A DNA stretch of 64,000 nt from contig JBAUAJ010000168.1 of the NCBI GenBank assembly GCA_049675585.1, positions 12,388 through 76,387 of the forward strand, given 5' to 3'. The position numbers were made by a program, and so were the translations under genes. This DNA comes from Thermoplasmata archaeon. Its GTDB lineage: Archaea > Thermoplasmatota > Thermoplasmata > Lutacidiplasmatales > UBA184. This document shows, one piece after another, positions 61,518 through 64,000 of the stretch (positions within the stretch are counted from its first letter, which is position 1; every line of letters begins with the position of its first letter). The notes below the pieces were generated by a model, which worked only from the letters and a program-made list of their open reading frames with translations, made no database searches and had not been told where the DNA came from.

Positions 61518-62672
61518 GTGGGTCTCCGCCCGACCGTGTCGGCGTCCTCCTCGGATCCGGCGGAGACGTGGCGGGCGGCCGCGCATGCGTTCGCGACCGA
61601 TCGGATCCGGCCCGAGGCGGCTCGGATCGACCGGGAGGACCGGTTGCCCGCCTCCATCGTCGACGGGCTCGCCCACGAAGGGTTCCTCGCGCTGGGGATC
61701 CCCCCGGAGCTCGGCGGGAGGGGCGGCGGTGCGCGGGCGGTCGCCGCCGTCCTCGAAGAGCTCTCCTGGGGTAGTGCGACGACGGGAGTTCTGACAGCGG
61801 TACACCTTTCCGTCGCGGCGGCCCCGATCGTGACATGGGGAACTTCAGCCCAGAAGGAGCAGTTCCTTCGGCCCCTCGCGGCGGGGAGCCGGATCGGCGC
61901 CTTCGGCCTGACCGAACCGGACGCAGGATCGGATGCCGCCGCGCTCCGGAGCCGATACCGCCGGTCCGACGGCGGGTTCGTCCTCGAGGGCCGCAAGATG
62001 TTCATCTCCAACGCGCGGGCGAACGGCGTCGTTCTCGTCTTCGCCACCGCGGATCCCGGACTGGGACGGCATGGGATCTCGGCGTTCCTCGTCCCCACCG
62101 AGACGCCCGGCTTCTCGATCGCTCAACGGCTCGACAAGCTGGGGCTTCGGGGAAGCGAGACCTCGGAGCTCGTTCTGGAGGACGTCCGGCTCGCCCCCGA
62201 GGCGCTCCTGGGCCCCGAAGGGGGCGGGTTGAGGGTCGCGCTGAGCGCCCTCGCGGGCGGTCGGGTGGGGATCGCGGCCTGTGCCCTCGGGGTCGCTCGC
62301 GCGGCGTTCGAGGAGCTCCTCGGAAACGTCCGTCGGGAGGACGCGGAGTGGAAGCGGACGCTGCTCGCCCGGGGGTTTACCGAGCTCGCGTCCGCCCGGG
62401 CGCTCGTCGACCGCGCGGCCGCGCGCAAGGACGCCGGAGAGCCGTTCGCTCGCGACGCGTCCGTGGCCAAGCTCGTCGCCTCGCGCGCCGCGGTCTCGAT
62501 CGCCTCCTGGGGGGTCGACGTGGCGGGAGCCGACGGGATCCGCGCCGGAGCCGCTCCGGAGCGCCTGCTGCGGGACGCTCGCGTCTTCCCGATCGTGGAG
62601 GGAACGACCGAGATCCAGGAGCTGGTGCTCGCCCGAGAACTTCTCGCCGACGGGAACGCGCCAACGCCTTAG
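61518..62672 (+). CDS. acyl-CoA dehydrogenase-family protein
   Basis: GAFGLTEPDAGSDAA, the FISNA motif and the C-terminal PIVEGTTEIQ are present. The start is GTG 61518 or, by the TATA-distance rule, GTG 61536. Confidence 0.85.
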   Translation: MGLRPTVSASSSDPAETWRAAAHAFATDRIRPEAARIDREDRLPASIVDGLAHEGFLALGIPPELGGRGGGARAVAAVLEELSWGSATTGVLTAVHLSVAAAPIVTWGTSAQKEQFLRPLAAGSRIGAFGLTEPDAGSDAAALRSRYRRSDGGFVLEGRKMFISNARANGVVLVFATADPGLGRHGISAFLVPTETPGFSIAQRLDKLGLRGSETSELVLEDVRLAPEALLGPEGGGLRVALSALAGGRVGIAACALGVARAAFEELLGNVRREDAEWKRTLLARGFTELASARALVDRAAARKDAGEPFARDASVAKLVASRAAVSIASWGVDVAGADGIRAGAAPERLLRDARVFPIVEGTTEIQELVLARELLADGNAPTP

Positions 62673-62696
62673 TATCGAACCGGCTCATCGGGGCCG

Positions 62697-64000
62697 ATGC
62701 CGCACGGCCGCTCGAGCGCCCACCGCGCCGAGCGTCCGACCGCCGAGCCGGCCGCGCCCGTTCCGCTCGGGGAGACGGCGATCGACGCCGACATCCGGGA
62801 GATCCTCGTGCAGGACGGGATCACCCACCTCTACCCCCCTCAAGCCGTGGCGCTTCGCCCCGTGCTCGAGGGAAAGAGCGTCCTTTTGGCCTGCCCCACC
62901 GCGAGCGGGAAGTCGCTCGTGGCGTACCTCGCCCTCCTGCGCGCCGTGCGCGCCGGGCGCACCGGTCTCTACCTCGTCCCGCTCCGCGCGCTCGCGAGCG
63001 AGAAGGCGGAGGAGCTCGAGCGGTTCAGCACGCTCGGTGTCCGCGTGGGCCTCTCGATCGGGGACTTCGATCTTCCGGCGGAGCGGCTCGAGAAGCTCGA
63101 CATCCTGGTCGCGACGAGCGAGAAGGCCGACGGGCTCCTCCGGCGCGGGAGTCCGTGGCTCGACCGCCTCGGGGTCGTCGTCGCGGACGAAGTGCACCTG
63201 ATGCGGGACCCGGATCGAGGCCCGACGCTCGAGGTCAGCCTGACCCGGCTTCGACGGTCGTATCCGAACCTCCAGGTGGTCGCCCTCTCTGCGACCGTGG
63301 GGAACTCTCCCGAGGTCGCCGAGTGGCTGGAGGCGGTCCACATCGCGAGCGAGTTCCGACCGGTCCCGCTCGAGCGGGGCGTGTATTGCGATGGGCGGAT
63401 CACATTCAGCGACCTCTCCGCGCGCGAGGTCCCGCCTCCGGGCGAGGCGGTGCCCCGCCTGGTGCGGACGGCGCTCACCGACGGCGGCCAGGCGCTCGTC
63501 TTCGTCAACAGCCGGCGGGCGAGCGAACAGGTCGCGCAGTCGCTCGTGCCCACCGTACGGGCGCTCCTCACCCAGGCGGAGCTCTCCACGGCCCGCGCCC
63601 GAGCCGAGGAGCTCTCGCTCATCTCGGACGAGGAGACCGAAGGGATCCGACGGCTCGGCGCCCTGATCCCGTACGGGGTCGCCTACCACAACGCGTCGCT
63701 CACCAATCCCGAGCGCCGGGTCGTGGAGCACGCCTTCCGCGACCGGGTGATCAAGGCGCTGGTCGCCACGCCGACGCTGGCCGCGGGCATCAACCTGCCC
63801 GCGCGCCGCGTGATCGTCCGCGACACGAGCCGGTACGACGCCCGCCTGGGCGTCCAGGCTCCGATCCCCGCCCTCGAGATCCAGCAGATGCTCGGTCGCG
63901 CCGGACGTCCCCGGTTCGACACCCGAGGCGAGGCGCTGATCGTGGCCCGCACGCCGGACGACGAGGAGCGGCTGCTCGACACCTACATCTCCGCGCCCCC
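62697..64000 (+). CDS. hel308: Hel308/Ski2-like ATP-dependent DNA helicase, 3' end beyond window
   Basis: Absent from the ORF track because it has no stop in the window. From ATG 62697 it reads ...LYPPQAVALRPVLEGKSVLLACPTASGKSLVAYL (motif I), VVADEVHLM (DEVH), ...VATPTLAAGINLPARRVIV (motif VI region). Confidence 0.85.
   Translation, partial: MPHGRSSAHRAERPTAEPAAPVPLGETAIDADIREILVQDGITHLYPPQAVALRPVLEGKSVLLACPTASGKSLVAYLALLRAVRAGRTGLYLVPLRALASEKAEELERFSTLGVRVGLSIGDFDLPAERLEKLDILVATSEKADGLLRRGSPWLDRLGVVVADEVHLMRDPDRGPTLEVSLTRLRRSYPNLQVVALSATVGNSPEVAEWLEAVHIASEFRPVPLERGVYCDGRITFSDLSAREVPPPGEAVPRLVRTALTDGGQALVFVNSRRASEQVAQSLVPTVRALLTQAELSTARARAEELSLISDEETEGIRRLGALIPYGVAYHNASLTNPERRVVEHAFRDRVIKALVATPTLAAGINLPARRVIVRDTSRYDARLGVQAPIPALEIQQMLGRAGRPRFDTRGEALIVARTPDDEERLLDTYISAP

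Noticed and set aside
1-64000. Search for CRISPR arrays, transposases, integrases, prophage or defence islands, and rRNA
   Set aside because: Reading through the window, I saw no regularly spaced direct repeats, no recombinase, transposase, reverse-transcriptase or Cas-like motifs, and no rRNA-like sequence. The region looks like core chromosome.

Overview
Very GC-rich archaeal chromosomal segment. Archaeal hallmarks seen directly: TFB, aIF5B, thermosome, sn-glycerol-1-phosphate dehydrogenase, Dpo4, TruD, Hel308, an NFACT/Rqc2 homologue, SMC-ScpA-ScpB and BHB-type tRNA introns. The lineage cannot be fixed from this window. I call about 60 tightly packed protein genes, mostly housekeeping: translation, chromosome maintenance, central and nucleotide metabolism, transporters and peptidases. 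There are also 2 tRNA genes. I found no rRNA, CRISPR array, transposase, integrase or recognisable defence island. Stop codons are rare at this GC content, so the six-frame track is dominated by long antisense or shadow ORFs rich in Arg, Pro and Gly, and by artificial N-terminal extensions. Strand and start were therefore chosen by family motifs, G/C third-position bias and the position of the rare A/T islands, which sit about 26 nt upstream of many start codons (leaderless architecture). The best-supported unusual observations are these: (1) both tRNA genes are interrupted at non-canonical positions. tRNA-Asp has a 31-nt T-loop intron with a textbook hBHBh' motif, and tRNA-Pro has a roughly 33-nt D-loop insertion with only a relaxed motif. 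(2) A translationally coupled KaiC/RecA-like ATPase and its Walker-A-dead paralogue lie upstream of Dpo4. (3) A small regulatory module comprises a membrane protein, a dual-wHTH regulator, a sequon-rich surface protein and a coupled 74-aa protein, with two candidate operators: a 16-bp perfect palindrome and 2x TTGGTCCAA spaced 21 bp apart. (4) Nine start/stop 4-nt overlaps couple functionally unrelated genes. (5) Two structured non-coding elements are present. No complete, clearly novel multi-gene system can be demonstrated from sequence alone. All coordinates for non-ORF features were derived by hand, cross-checked against ORF-track frames, and may be off by 1-2 nt.
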